Program-made: the position numbers and the translations under genes | In this document: positions 35,301 to 44,302 of the stretch, in pieces | Position numbering within the stretch: position 1 is the stretch's first letter | How the letters are laid out: each line of letters starts with the position of its first letter | Assembly (NCBI GenBank): GCA_016873635.1 | Contig: VGWJ01000007.1 | Location: forward strand, 4,908-68,907 | Reading direction: 5' to 3' | Origin: Lentisphaerota bacterium | Lineage (GTDB): Bacteria; Verrucomicrobiota; Kiritimatiellia; UBA8416; VGWJ01 | DNA: 64,000 nucleotides | The notes under the pieces: model-generated | Databases searched by the model: none | The model's input: only the letters and a program-made list of their open reading frames with translations | Told to the model about the DNA's origin: nothing

Positions 35301-36323
35301 TCACGCGAGGCCCGGACCGAGCAGAATCGCCGCGATTCCCTGGACCGCATCGGCGGAGCCGCGGAACGCCCAGACGCGCGACTCGTCCTGACGACAACCC
35401 GCCGGCGCGTGATACTCCAGTTCGTTAAACAGCTCGGCGCCGTTGCGGACGCAACAAGCCTGGAACCCCCAGCCCGTCTCGTGCGGCGGCTCCCAGAGCG
35501 CGTCGACGTAGTCCCCGCCCGGAACGACCGTGAACTCGCGCACCACGAGGTCGGCCGTGCCGCTGGCGGCGTCGCGGCGCAGGTATCCCGCCCGGCCGGT
35601 CAGTGCGCCGGCTTTCAGCGATATCTTGGTGTCAGGGCCGGGCGACGCCATCCGCCAACGCACGCCGCGGGCCGAGGCCGTTAACTCGCCTTCGGCAAAA
35701 GCGCCAAAGACTTTTTGCGGAGCGGTCGCGCCGCGGGTGGGAACCAGCATGGTTCCGGGCGAAGGCAATTGCAGAAGGCTCCAGAGGCCCAACCGAACCG
35801 GAACACCGGTTGGCGCCATCATCTCCAACGTCGTGGTCTGGCTGTAGCCGGCAAACCTTAGACCGGCGTCAGGGAGCGGATTGACGGCGGGCCGCAGAAC
35901 CTTCCCCATGCGCACCCCGATATCGCGCTTCGAACGATGCAACTTGAGGCGGGTCGTCTGGGCGAGACGCATCTCGCCGTCAGTGGCGGAAACCAGCGCC
36001 CATCGACCCGGGTCGAGGGCGCGCTGAACGGAGTAGGTCTCGAACGGCCGCGCCGGGTCGCCGATGAACAGCTCGATCTCCGGAGCCAGCCAGGTACGAT
36101 CGCCGCCGGGATTCGGCCAGCCGTCGCGGCGTAAGTAGGCGGCGGCGGACTCTACCGTGGTCAGCGTGGGATTGAGCCATAGGAAGCTCTCGTCTGAGTT
36201 CGGCGGATAGAGCGCAAGGACGCGCCCGCCGGACGGCAGCACCAACAGCCGCCCGCCGCCGGGCGCGTTGAGAATGACCGTCGGTTTTCCGGCCCGCGCC
36301 AGATTGTCATGCAACAGTTTCAC
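35301..36323 (-). CDS. hypothetical protein, aldose-epimerase/DUF4380-like
   Basis: The ORF 35301-36566 is trimmed to GTG 36323 (VKLLHDNLARAGKP...), which has a GAGGAGG RBS. GGDRTWLAPE and an overall beta-rich pattern resemble mutarotase-like DUF4380 proteins. The family call is tentative. Confidence 0.55.
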   Translation of the reverse strand: MKLLHDNLARAGKPTVILNAPGGGRLLVLPSGGRVLALYPPNSDESFLWLNPTLTTVESAAAYLRRDGWPNPGGDRTWLAPEIELFIGDPARPFETYSVQRALDPGRWALVSATDGEMRLAQTTRLKLHRSKRDIGVRMGKVLRPAVNPLPDAGLRFAGYSQTTTLEMMAPTGVPVRLGLWSLLQLPSPGTMLVPTRGATAPQKVFGAFAEGELTASARGVRWRMASPGPDTKISLKAGALTGRAGYLRRDAASGTADLVVREFTVVPGGDYVDALWEPPHETGWGFQACCVRNGAELFNELEYHAPAGCRQDESRVWAFRGSADAVQGIAAILLGPGLA

Positions 36324-36367
36324 GCCACCGGCCTCCTCACCTGACACCTGCCTCCAGCCCCCTGACA

Positions 36368-37198
36368 CTACACTCCCGGCACGTAGCCCTGGCCGAACTG
36401 GGTGGTCATGGGCTCCTTGAAATCCTCGCCAAAATGCATCAGCGACACCGTGCCGCCGTCGGCCACCAGCGTCTGCCCGACGATATACCGCGCCGATGGC
36501 GAGGCCAGGAAGACCGCGATTTCGCCGATATCGCGGGGCGTGCCCGCGAAACCGCTGGGGATGCACTTGCCGATCTCGCGGATGGCCTTTCCCATGTCAA
36601 CAGCCGGCGTGCCCTTGTAGTGGCTGGGAATGGGCACCGCGCCGGGTGCAAGCCCCACCACCCGGATGCCGCGCGGCGCCAACTCGATGGCCAGGTTCCG
36701 CGTGAACGTGACGATCGCGCCGCGGGTGCCGGCATAGACCGTGTGCTCCACATACGCCCGGAAGGCGTGGATCGAGGCGATGTTGATGATGACCCCCTTC
36801 GACTTCTCGAGATCCGGCACCACCGCCTGGCTCATGAAGTAGGGCGCACGGACGTTCACCGCGTAGAGCGTATCGAACTGCTCGACCGTGGTCTTCTCGA
36901 ACGGCCGGTTCATGGTGATCCCGGCGTTGTTGACCAGAACGTCCAAGCCGCCCAGAAACGCCACCGCTTCCCGCGCCAGCACCGGAATCGGCGCCGTCTC
37001 GCGGAAATCGGCCTTGAACGCCGCGGCCTTGCCGCCGGCGGCCAAGATCTGCTTGACCGTCGCCTCCGCCCCTGTCGCGCTGTGCGAATAGTGGACGGCC
37101 ACAGCCGCCCCCTGCCGCGCGAATTCCAACGCCATTCCCTGCCCCAGACCGGTCCCCGCCCCCGTCACCAATACCCGCTTGCCTTTCATATCGTTCAT
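36368..37198 (-). CDS. SDR-family oxidoreductase
   Basis: ORF trimmed to ATG 37198 (MNDMKGKRVLVTGAGTGLGQG). It has NNAG and the catalytic YAGTRGA region. Confidence 0.9.
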   Translation of the reverse strand: MNDMKGKRVLVTGAGTGLGQGMALEFARQGAAVAVHYSHSATGAEATVKQILAAGGKAAAFKADFRETAPIPVLAREAVAFLGGLDVLVNNAGITMNRPFEKTTVEQFDTLYAVNVRAPYFMSQAVVPDLEKSKGVIINIASIHAFRAYVEHTVYAGTRGAIVTFTRNLAIELAPRGIRVVGLAPGAVPIPSHYKGTPAVDMGKAIREIGKCIPSGFAGTPRDIGEIAVFLASPSARYIVGQTLVADGGTVSLMHFGEDFKEPMTTQFGQGYVPGV

Positions 37199-37214
37199 CG
37201 TATGTCTCCGCGCG

Positions 37215-38012
37215 CTACTTGTTCGTGCCACCCCTGCGCTCCACCGTGAACCCTTCGCCCGGCCGGAGCAGCATGGCCTTCACACCGGGGCACATCACGG
37301 CGCAGGCGTTGAGGAAACCGGCGGGATCGCCCGCGCCCTGCTCGGCCAGGGTCCAGAAGTGACAGGGAATCGCGAACCGCGGTTTCGCTTCCGACACCAG
37401 CCGGGCGGCGTCGATGTGGTTCATGTTGCCGAAGACGCCGTTGATCGCCGGCAGAACCACGTCCGGCTGCAGGTCGTAGAGCGGCTTGAACAGCGCGGGC
37501 CGCCACGACGTGTCTCCGGTCGCCATCACGCGCACGCCGCCGAATTCCAGGACCAGCGCCAACGCGCTGGCCGAGATGTCGCCATGGTCGGCGGGAACGG
37601 TGTGCACGGCCAGATCGCCCAGGTCATGTCGCCGATTCGGTTCCAGCAGCACACGCCGTTCCGCCGGCACACCCGCCGCATCCAGCCCCGGCACACAGCC
37701 GGCGGGGCCGGCGAAGCGGCAGTTCGGATTGTTGCGGGCGATCACCGGCAGGGCGTCCGGATCCTGGTGGTCGGCATGCTCATGGGTCAGGATTACCCAG
37801 TCGGCCTCGACGTCGTCCGGCCGCAGTGCCGGCAGCGAAAGTCGCTTGAAGCCGAACAGCCGCTCGCAGGCGTCGGAGAGGTATGGATCGAGAAAGATCC
37901 GCTTGCCGGAGGCGGTGCAGAAGGCGAACCCCGCCTGACCCAGCCAATAGAACCGGATGCCGTCGGCCGGAACGCGACCCTCCCGCATCTCCCGTGTCAG
38001 TTCATTACACAT
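37215..38012 (-). CDS. MBL-fold metallo-hydrolase (UlaG/lactonase-like)
   Basis: The ORF 37215-38315 is trimmed to ATG 38012 (MCNELTREMREGRVPADGIRFYWLGQAGF). The upstream extension overlaps the neighbouring gene. It has THEHADH metal motif. The start could instead be the ATG at 37991. Confidence 0.78.
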   Translation of the reverse strand: MCNELTREMREGRVPADGIRFYWLGQAGFAFCTASGKRIFLDPYLSDACERLFGFKRLSLPALRPDDVEADWVILTHEHADHQDPDALPVIARNNPNCRFAGPAGCVPGLDAAGVPAERRVLLEPNRRHDLGDLAVHTVPADHGDISASALALVLEFGGVRVMATGDTSWRPALFKPLYDLQPDVVLPAINGVFGNMNHIDAARLVSEAKPRFAIPCHFWTLAEQGAGDPAGFLNACAVMCPGVKAMLLRPGEGFTVERRGGTNK

Positions 38013-38028
38013 ACTGAATCGTTCCGCC

Positions 38029-40086
38029 TTAACGAAACTCCACTCCCGTCGCAAACTTCGTCGCGACCAGTCCGTCTTGCGGTTTGGCCCATTTCCGGCC
38101 ACCCGATTGAACGTTCTCGAAGGCCACCCCTTCAACCCGGTGCGACTCGTCAAAACCCGACAGTTCCGACGGAGGAATAGCGTTCCCTTCGATACGGATG
38201 TTACGGAACACAATGTCACGGACGTGGCCGCGCTCCGCGTCGCGACCGAAGCGCGACGGGAGGATCCTGACATCAGCCAGCATGCCTTCCGCGCCTTCCA
38301 CGCGGAGGTCTTCACAGATCACGTCGCTGACTGCGGCCTGGTCGCCATGATGAATGGCGACGACACCCCCGGGGCCTTCACCGTGAATGAGGTCGTTATG
38401 GGTGAAGCGGATCTTGCGGATATTGGCGGCGCGCGGCTCAAACCCCGCCTTCTTCCCGACCCAATCCGGCGCCCAGCCTTGGGTCAGGATCTCCAGCCCG
38501 TTCCCACGGACGCCGTTCCACAGGACGCAATCCCGCACGATCACGTTCTCCGTGTCCCGCTGGCAATCGAACTGGGTAAAGTAGGTCACGCCCCCCGACT
38601 TGACCGCCACGCAGGAGTCTTGCGTACGGATGAAACACTGCTCGACGGTTATCTCCCGACTGCCCACCGCGACCACGCCGTCGTCCCACGGGTTACCGCT
38701 GACGATCTTGACCCGGCGGACGGTCACACGATCGGAGCCCAGGATCGCCACCGCCCAATGCCGGCTGTCCAGGATGGTGAGGCCTTCCACCACGACATCC
38801 TCGGCGCGATTGATCTCGATCATCCGGGACTGCGCGGGTCCGAACACCCCGCCGTCGAGAATGCCCCGCCCCCGGATCTTCACGTTCTTGACCTCGTCCA
38901 TGAAGAACGCCCCCCGAACCACCGCGCCCCGTTCGATATAGACCGTCTCGCCCGACTTGACCGTGACTTTCCCGACCTCGTGGACCTTGCCCGCGGCATA
39001 GAACTTCACGCCCGGCGTGTCGGGTTTGGGGACGTCCTGCTCGGGCGGGTCGGCGAACAGGAACAATGGCTCACTGGGATCGCCGTTGATCTCCACGCTC
39101 AGAGAGGCGGGAGCACTGAGCGGGAACGTGATCTTATTGCCGGCGATTTGGGGGCGAATGCCCAAGGCCTTGGGCCGTACGTCCACACTTTGAATCGCCC
39201 CCGCGCACTCGATTTCGACATTCCCCGCCTGCGCCAGGTCGAATCCGGCGAACGCCGCGCCCGGGGTGTAATAGACCACGCGTTCGCGCCCATCGATGCG
39301 GGTCAGTCCCATCGGCGGGTCCGGCTGGCCAACACGCGTGTAGCGGACAGCACACTCGCGCCCATCGAAGCTGACCTTCGTCACCGGGGACAGGCGTTCG
39401 AGCGTCAGGCCGGCGACCATCAGGCGGTACGGAGGCAGGCCCGCCCCGGCCAGCGCGCGGGGCGCCAGCCGCGTCTCCTTGTCTTTGCCCAGCAAATCGC
39501 CCATGCCGCCGAGGCCCGATTCATCGGGCGCCGAATCGCGCGGCGTGTCAGGCCCGTCATTCAGGCTCAACTTGTTGATGGCGTTTTGCCGCTGGGCAAG
39601 ATAGGCAGGAAGCGACGCGGCGGTTTCCGATTCGCCAACGCCCCAATCGACGGCGATTGGAAGCTGGCCGGGCTTGTCCACAACGAAATCGAAATACACC
39701 GGCGCCAGTTTCCCTTGCTCGGGAAACCAGGACGCGGCTGCAAAGACACATTTGCTTCCTCCCGCCACCACCCGCAAAACGACCGCCTTGCCCAGCACCT
39801 GATCCTGCCCCGTGCTGCCCACCAGCGCGTGCAACCGGTAGCGGCCGGGTGACAGGGATTCCGAGGTCTTCGCGCGGACGATTTGTCCTTCATGGCCGAG
39901 CGTCAGATCGGCGACGAGCGCCTGCCCCGAGGCCCGCGCCTTGTCGAGCGCCGTTCGGACCGAAGCGGCATCAGCCGCCACAGCCACTGGGACTTCACCA
40001 GGGCGCGGCGCCGGGGCCTTGGCTGCCTGCGCCGCTGCCGCCAGAGCGACTGCCGCCAGCGCTAACCAACTTGTTGTCTTTTTCAT
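38029..40086 (-). CDS. secreted protein: unknown N-terminal module plus GH28/GH49-like beta-helix (paralog B)
   Basis: 685-aa ORF, collinear with the 15568-17670 protein. Both have the same ALDKARASGQALVADLTLGHEG start and the GNPWDDGVVAVGSREITVEQCFIRTQDSCVAVK helix. The signal peptide is MKKTTSWLALAAVALAAAAQA. Confidence 0.78.
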   Translation of the reverse strand: MKKTTSWLALAAVALAAAAQAAKAPAPRPGEVPVAVAADAASVRTALDKARASGQALVADLTLGHEGQIVRAKTSESLSPGRYRLHALVGSTGQDQVLGKAVVLRVVAGGSKCVFAAASWFPEQGKLAPVYFDFVVDKPGQLPIAVDWGVGESETAASLPAYLAQRQNAINKLSLNDGPDTPRDSAPDESGLGGMGDLLGKDKETRLAPRALAGAGLPPYRLMVAGLTLERLSPVTKVSFDGRECAVRYTRVGQPDPPMGLTRIDGRERVVYYTPGAAFAGFDLAQAGNVEIECAGAIQSVDVRPKALGIRPQIAGNKITFPLSAPASLSVEINGDPSEPLFLFADPPEQDVPKPDTPGVKFYAAGKVHEVGKVTVKSGETVYIERGAVVRGAFFMDEVKNVKIRGRGILDGGVFGPAQSRMIEINRAEDVVVEGLTILDSRHWAVAILGSDRVTVRRVKIVSGNPWDDGVVAVGSREITVEQCFIRTQDSCVAVKSGGVTYFTQFDCQRDTENVIVRDCVLWNGVRGNGLEILTQGWAPDWVGKKAGFEPRAANIRKIRFTHNDLIHGEGPGGVVAIHHGDQAAVSDVICEDLRVEGAEGMLADVRILPSRFGRDAERGHVRDIVFRNIRIEGNAIPPSELSGFDESHRVEGVAFENVQSGGRKWAKPQDGLVATKFATGVEFR

Positions 40087-40131
40087 TGAGGCCGTCCTAT
40101 TCCGTCTATTTACCTCGTTCGCCCGCTTCTC

Positions 40132-42141
40132 TCATGGCGCGCCGGTTGCGTCCCTCACCAGGCGACAACCCGTATTGGGCAGGCGTGAATCCGGAATCCA
40201 CTGGCCGCGTTCCGCGGAACGGCAGTATTTGGGATAGTCGGCCCAACTGCCGCCGCGGAGGATCCGGTTGCCGCCCGACCGCGGGCCTGCCGGATCCGTC
40301 ACGGCCACATTCGGGTATCTGGCCGCCCTTCCCCTGGCATCCGCGGCCGCGACGCCCGTAAATCCGCCGGCTTGCCGGTCGAGGCACCACTCCCACACAT
40401 TGCCGTGCATGTCGTACAACCCCCAGGCATTGGGCTTCTTTGTGCCGACGGCGTGCGTGCTGCCTTCGCTGTTGCCAAGGTACCAGCCCATCTCGTCCAA
40501 CGCCCCGGCATACGGGCCTTTGGTTCCCGCCCGGCAGGCGTATTCCCATTCCGCCTCGGTTGGCAGACGCAGTCCGGCGCCGGCCTTCTGGGAGAAGGTC
40601 TGGCAATCCTCCCACGACACCATCTCCACCGGCGCGGCCGAACCCGCGTTCTTGAAACGAGAGGGGTTGCTTGCCATCACCTTTTCCCATTGCGCCTGCG
40701 TCACCTCGGTCTTCGCCATGTAGAACCCTTTCGTCAGCGTCACCCGGTGCTGCGGCCACTCGAAAGGCGTCGCCCACGTCTCGTCTTCGGGGCTGCCCAT
40801 GAAAAAGTATCCCGCCGGGACGTAGACCATTTCCATACCGGTAGCCTCGTGCACGATCGCCTGCGCCCAACCGGACTGCGTGTAGGGCTCGGCCTGCGTC
40901 CCGGCTGCCGCGCGGCAGCCCGGCGGCACGCGCAAGGTCAGATCCCTCGGCGCCGCCGCCGAAGAGCCCGTCGCGGCCGGCGCCTGGAATGAAGTCCCCT
41001 CCTTTGCCGGCGCGGGGCCTGTGCTGGCCGGAACCGTCAACGGCGTCAAGGCCACGGCCACGCGAATCCCAACTTGCGGCGGGATGCGGGTGGGAGCGTG
41101 CAACGGACGGGAGGTGGGTTTGGGGCCGCTGCGCATAATGTGATACGGCCCGCCACAGGTGCCGGGCGGACTGAAGCCGGGCCCCACCGGGTCGATCGTG
41201 GGCGCGCTTGCGAAAGACTCCGCGCACCAATCCCAACACCACTCGGCAACATTCCCGATCATGTCATACAAGCCCCAGGCGTTGGGCTTGAATGACCCAA
41301 CGGGCGCCGTTCCGTCAAATCCGCCGGTCTTCGCCTCGGATCTCGGCTCTTTACCCGTTCCGTTGCAGCGAGCACAGACACCCGCAGTCTCTCCGGACGA
41401 CACGTCGTCCCGACCGGTTCCCTGACAAGCCGAACAAGGCTTCTGCCCTGCTGGATCGCCGGGCACAACGTCCGGCACATTGGCGTACTTGTGCATCTCC
41501 TTCTCGTCATTCCCGAAGAAGAACAACGTCTGGCTCCCGGCACGGCAGGCATATTCCCACTGCGCCTCGGTGGGCAACGAAACCTTCCTGCCGATCTTGA
41601 CCGACATCTTCTCGCAGAACGCCACGGCCAACTCCCACGGCCATACCTGCTCCACGGGCCGCGTCTTGCCCTTGTACTTGCTGGGGTTGTTGCCCATCAC
41701 CTGCTCGTACTGCTCCTGCGTCACCTCGTAGACGCCCATGTAGAACGGCTGACTGATCGTCACCTCGCGCGGAGGGCCTTCATACTCGCGCGGATCTTTC
41801 ATGGTGTGAACCTGCTGCAAATAGGTGGCGACGGGAACATTCGCCCCATCCTTCCGAACCAGCACGGTGCCCCCTTCAACGGATGCCACCTCGTGCATCG
41901 GCACGCCCATGATGAACGTGCCGGCGGGGATGAGGGTCAACTTCATCAAGACGCCGCCGCCGAGATCCAGATCGGTCTGCACATCCTTGAGCCCCGCGCG
42001 CTTGGCGTAATCTGCCACCGACTCTTTGCCATCCCATAGGGGCCATGGCGACTTCGCCATCACCGACGGTTCCGCGGCATTCACCATGCCCGCCGACAAC
42101 ACGGCCGCCGACAGCGCCAGCCAACTTCTTGTCTTATGCAT
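40132..42141 (-). CDS. secreted tandem FGE-sulfatase-domain (SUMF1/EgtB/PvdO-type) protein with a CxxCxGxG x2 insertion
   Basis: 669-aa ORF with leader MHKTRSWLALSAAVLSAGMVNA and two FGE-type domains (TEAQWEYACRAG, PNAWGLYDMIGNVAEWC and PNAWGLYDMHGNVWEWC, RGGSWADYPKYCRSAER). The insertion CSACQGTGRDDVSSGETAGVCARCNGTGK lies at 41350-41436. Confidence 0.85.
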   Translation of the reverse strand: MHKTRSWLALSAAVLSAGMVNAAEPSVMAKSPWPLWDGKESVADYAKRAGLKDVQTDLDLGGGVLMKLTLIPAGTFIMGVPMHEVASVEGGTVLVRKDGANVPVATYLQQVHTMKDPREYEGPPREVTISQPFYMGVYEVTQEQYEQVMGNNPSKYKGKTRPVEQVWPWELAVAFCEKMSVKIGRKVSLPTEAQWEYACRAGSQTLFFFGNDEKEMHKYANVPDVVPGDPAGQKPCSACQGTGRDDVSSGETAGVCARCNGTGKEPRSEAKTGGFDGTAPVGSFKPNAWGLYDMIGNVAEWCWDWCAESFASAPTIDPVGPGFSPPGTCGGPYHIMRSGPKPTSRPLHAPTRIPPQVGIRVAVALTPLTVPASTGPAPAKEGTSFQAPAATGSSAAAPRDLTLRVPPGCRAAAGTQAEPYTQSGWAQAIVHEATGMEMVYVPAGYFFMGSPEDETWATPFEWPQHRVTLTKGFYMAKTEVTQAQWEKVMASNPSRFKNAGSAAPVEMVSWEDCQTFSQKAGAGLRLPTEAEWEYACRAGTKGPYAGALDEMGWYLGNSEGSTHAVGTKKPNAWGLYDMHGNVWEWCLDRQAGGFTGVAAADARGRAARYPNVAVTDPAGPRSGGNRILRGGSWADYPKYCRSAERGQWIPDSRLPNTGCRLVRDATGAP

Positions 42142-42173
42142 TGCGTTGCTACTTTCTAGTGGTGGTTAGGCCC

Positions 42174-44273
42174 TCACTCGATTGCCTCGCCCAGCACCAG
42201 GAACGAGGTCAGCGGCGTGTCGAGGCGCAGGCGCAAGCCAGCATCGCACAACGCCTGTCCGTCAAGGATGCGAACCCTGCCGTCGGGCTCGGTGGTCACG
42301 CGATAGCGCCGCGCGGGATCAACGCCCCGGAAACGCAGACAGTACTCGTCCGTCTCGGCATTGACCAGCCGGAACACGCCGGCCGCGACACGGCTCCGGT
42401 CAACGGCGGCCAGTTCCAGGGCGCACCAACCGCTGCCGTCGGCTCCGGGTATGACCGGGGTGTGGTGGTAGACACGGGCCTCCCGGTGGAAAGGCCGAAT
42501 GAACTCCTTGTAGATGCCGAGGTATTTCTTGGTGGCGCGCAGCACTTCGGGGTTGATCTCGCCCAGGCTCGGCGTCAGTCCGCTGACCGTCGGATGGCAG
42601 AGCACGATGACGTGCAACTGGGTTTCGAGGTTGCCGCGGTAACTGCCGTTCATGCAGACACCGAAGATCCGGTCAAGCATGTCCGGGGGCATGGCCATGG
42701 ACATACCGTTGAGGATCCGCACCGTGCGCGGCATCCGCATCCAGTCGGAGATCCAGGCCGTGGTGAAGCGGCTGTTCATGCCCAGGTCCGTGCGGCCGCC
42801 GCCGCTGGAGCAGTTCTCGAGTTGCAGCGCCGGGTAGCGGGCGCGCACGGTGTCGAAGATGGCATACATGGCCTCGACATGCCGCCAGAGGGTGTTCTCC
42901 TGGCGACCGTCGCGCGGGTTGAAGCCGCCCTCCCAGGCGTCGAGATTGTAGTCGAGCCGGAACATGTCGAGCCGGTACCGCTCGATCAGGCGCAGGATGG
43001 TGCTTTCGACATACTCCCGCACCACCGGCTTGGCGAGGTCGAGGACGCGGTCCACCGGCTTGCCGTAGCGCGTGATGAACCAGTCCGGGTGCTCGGCCGC
43101 CAGCTTCGAAGCCTTGCCGGCGCTCTCGATCTCCACCCACAGGCCGCAGCGCAGCCCCTTGCTCCGGGCATAGTCGAAGGCGGGGAAGAGATCGTTCGGG
43201 AGACGGTTGCCGGTCTGCCAGTCGCCGCTCGTGTCGAACCAGGGCGTGTTGGCGTCGGCAAACCAGCCGGCATCGACCATGAACAGATCGGCGCCGACCT
43301 CCGCGGCGATGTCGATCTCGCGCCGCAGGCCCGGCTCGGACATCTCATGCTGCATGTAGCCCCAGTGGTTGTAGATCACCGGCTGGACGCCGTCGCCGAC
43401 ACGGTAGAGAACATGCCGCCGCAGATACGCATGCCAGCACTGCACGGCATCGTCGAAACTCACATGGTTGAGACCGAAGTGGACCTCGGGCAGGTCCACA
43501 CACTCGCCGGGGGCGATGACGCGCATGGGCGCAAGCGCATCCGGACGCAGCGCAAACTGCAGCTTGCAGTTTCCGCCGCGCGAGTAGTCACAGTAGAAAC
43601 TCATGCGCCAGTTCGCCGACCAAGACAGGCCGGCGACCATGAATCCGCCACAGAGGTTGTTGTGCGCCACCGCGAACGGCGTCGTATGGCCACTGCGGCC
43701 GTGGCGCGACCCGAAAACCAGCTCGGTGTTGAGCGGAACCGGCTGCCACTGGAAGTTGCCTTCGTTGCCCCACTCCGTGTCCTGCAGCCAGCCGACCCGG
43801 TACGGCACGTCCCCCGTATCGTGCAGGTTCTCGCGCACGTTGTCCGACATGGCCCAGACGGCGCCGGACAACGGCGTGACCGAGGTCAGACCCAGCGCGG
43901 TCGAGGCCGAGGTGTTCCGTAACCGCATCCGCCGGCGGAAAAAGCCGTCCCCGGCGGCGAGAGTGACAATCTCCAGTTCCACCGGCTTGCGGGCATGCCG
44001 CAGCACCAGGCGCACGCTGGGCGCCGCCGTGTCCGCGCCAAGGGTCTCGGCCTCGGCCAAGGCCCAGTCAAAGGAGAGCGATTCGCCGTCGATTTGCAGA
44101 TCGAAGGCGATCAGTTCCTTGCCTTCGTCGTTGGCGTAGTAGGGAACGCCGGTATCCTGCAAGGAGGCGGCGATAAGCCGCCCGTCAATCAGGCGCTCGG
44201 TGTAGAGGGTGGTGCCCGAGTGGTAGCGCCACCCGCGCTGGGGTTCGTTCAGTTCGGTAATACGTGTTGTCAT
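42174..44273 (-). CDS. GH36-family alpha-galactosidase-like enzyme (no signal peptide)
   Basis: ORF trimmed to ATG 44273 (MTTRITELNEPQ...). GH36-type motifs are present: FMVDAGWF, GLWVEIE, FRLDYN and LENCSSGGGRTDLG. Confidence 0.82.
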   Translation of the reverse strand: MTTRITELNEPQRGWRYHSGTTLYTERLIDGRLIAASLQDTGVPYYANDEGKELIAFDLQIDGESLSFDWALAEAETLGADTAAPSVRLVLRHARKPVELEIVTLAAGDGFFRRRMRLRNTSASTALGLTSVTPLSGAVWAMSDNVRENLHDTGDVPYRVGWLQDTEWGNEGNFQWQPVPLNTELVFGSRHGRSGHTTPFAVAHNNLCGGFMVAGLSWSANWRMSFYCDYSRGGNCKLQFALRPDALAPMRVIAPGECVDLPEVHFGLNHVSFDDAVQCWHAYLRRHVLYRVGDGVQPVIYNHWGYMQHEMSEPGLRREIDIAAEVGADLFMVDAGWFADANTPWFDTSGDWQTGNRLPNDLFPAFDYARSKGLRCGLWVEIESAGKASKLAAEHPDWFITRYGKPVDRVLDLAKPVVREYVESTILRLIERYRLDMFRLDYNLDAWEGGFNPRDGRQENTLWRHVEAMYAIFDTVRARYPALQLENCSSGGGRTDLGMNSRFTTAWISDWMRMPRTVRILNGMSMAMPPDMLDRIFGVCMNGSYRGNLETQLHVIVLCHPTVSGLTPSLGEINPEVLRATKKYLGIYKEFIRPFHREARVYHHTPVIPGADGSGWCALELAAVDRSRVAAGVFRLVNAETDEYCLRFRGVDPARRYRVTTEPDGRVRILDGQALCDAGLRLRLDTPLTSFLVLGEAIE

Positions 44274-44302
44274 GAGTTTGTTCCGTCCGATGCTGTCATC
44301 GA

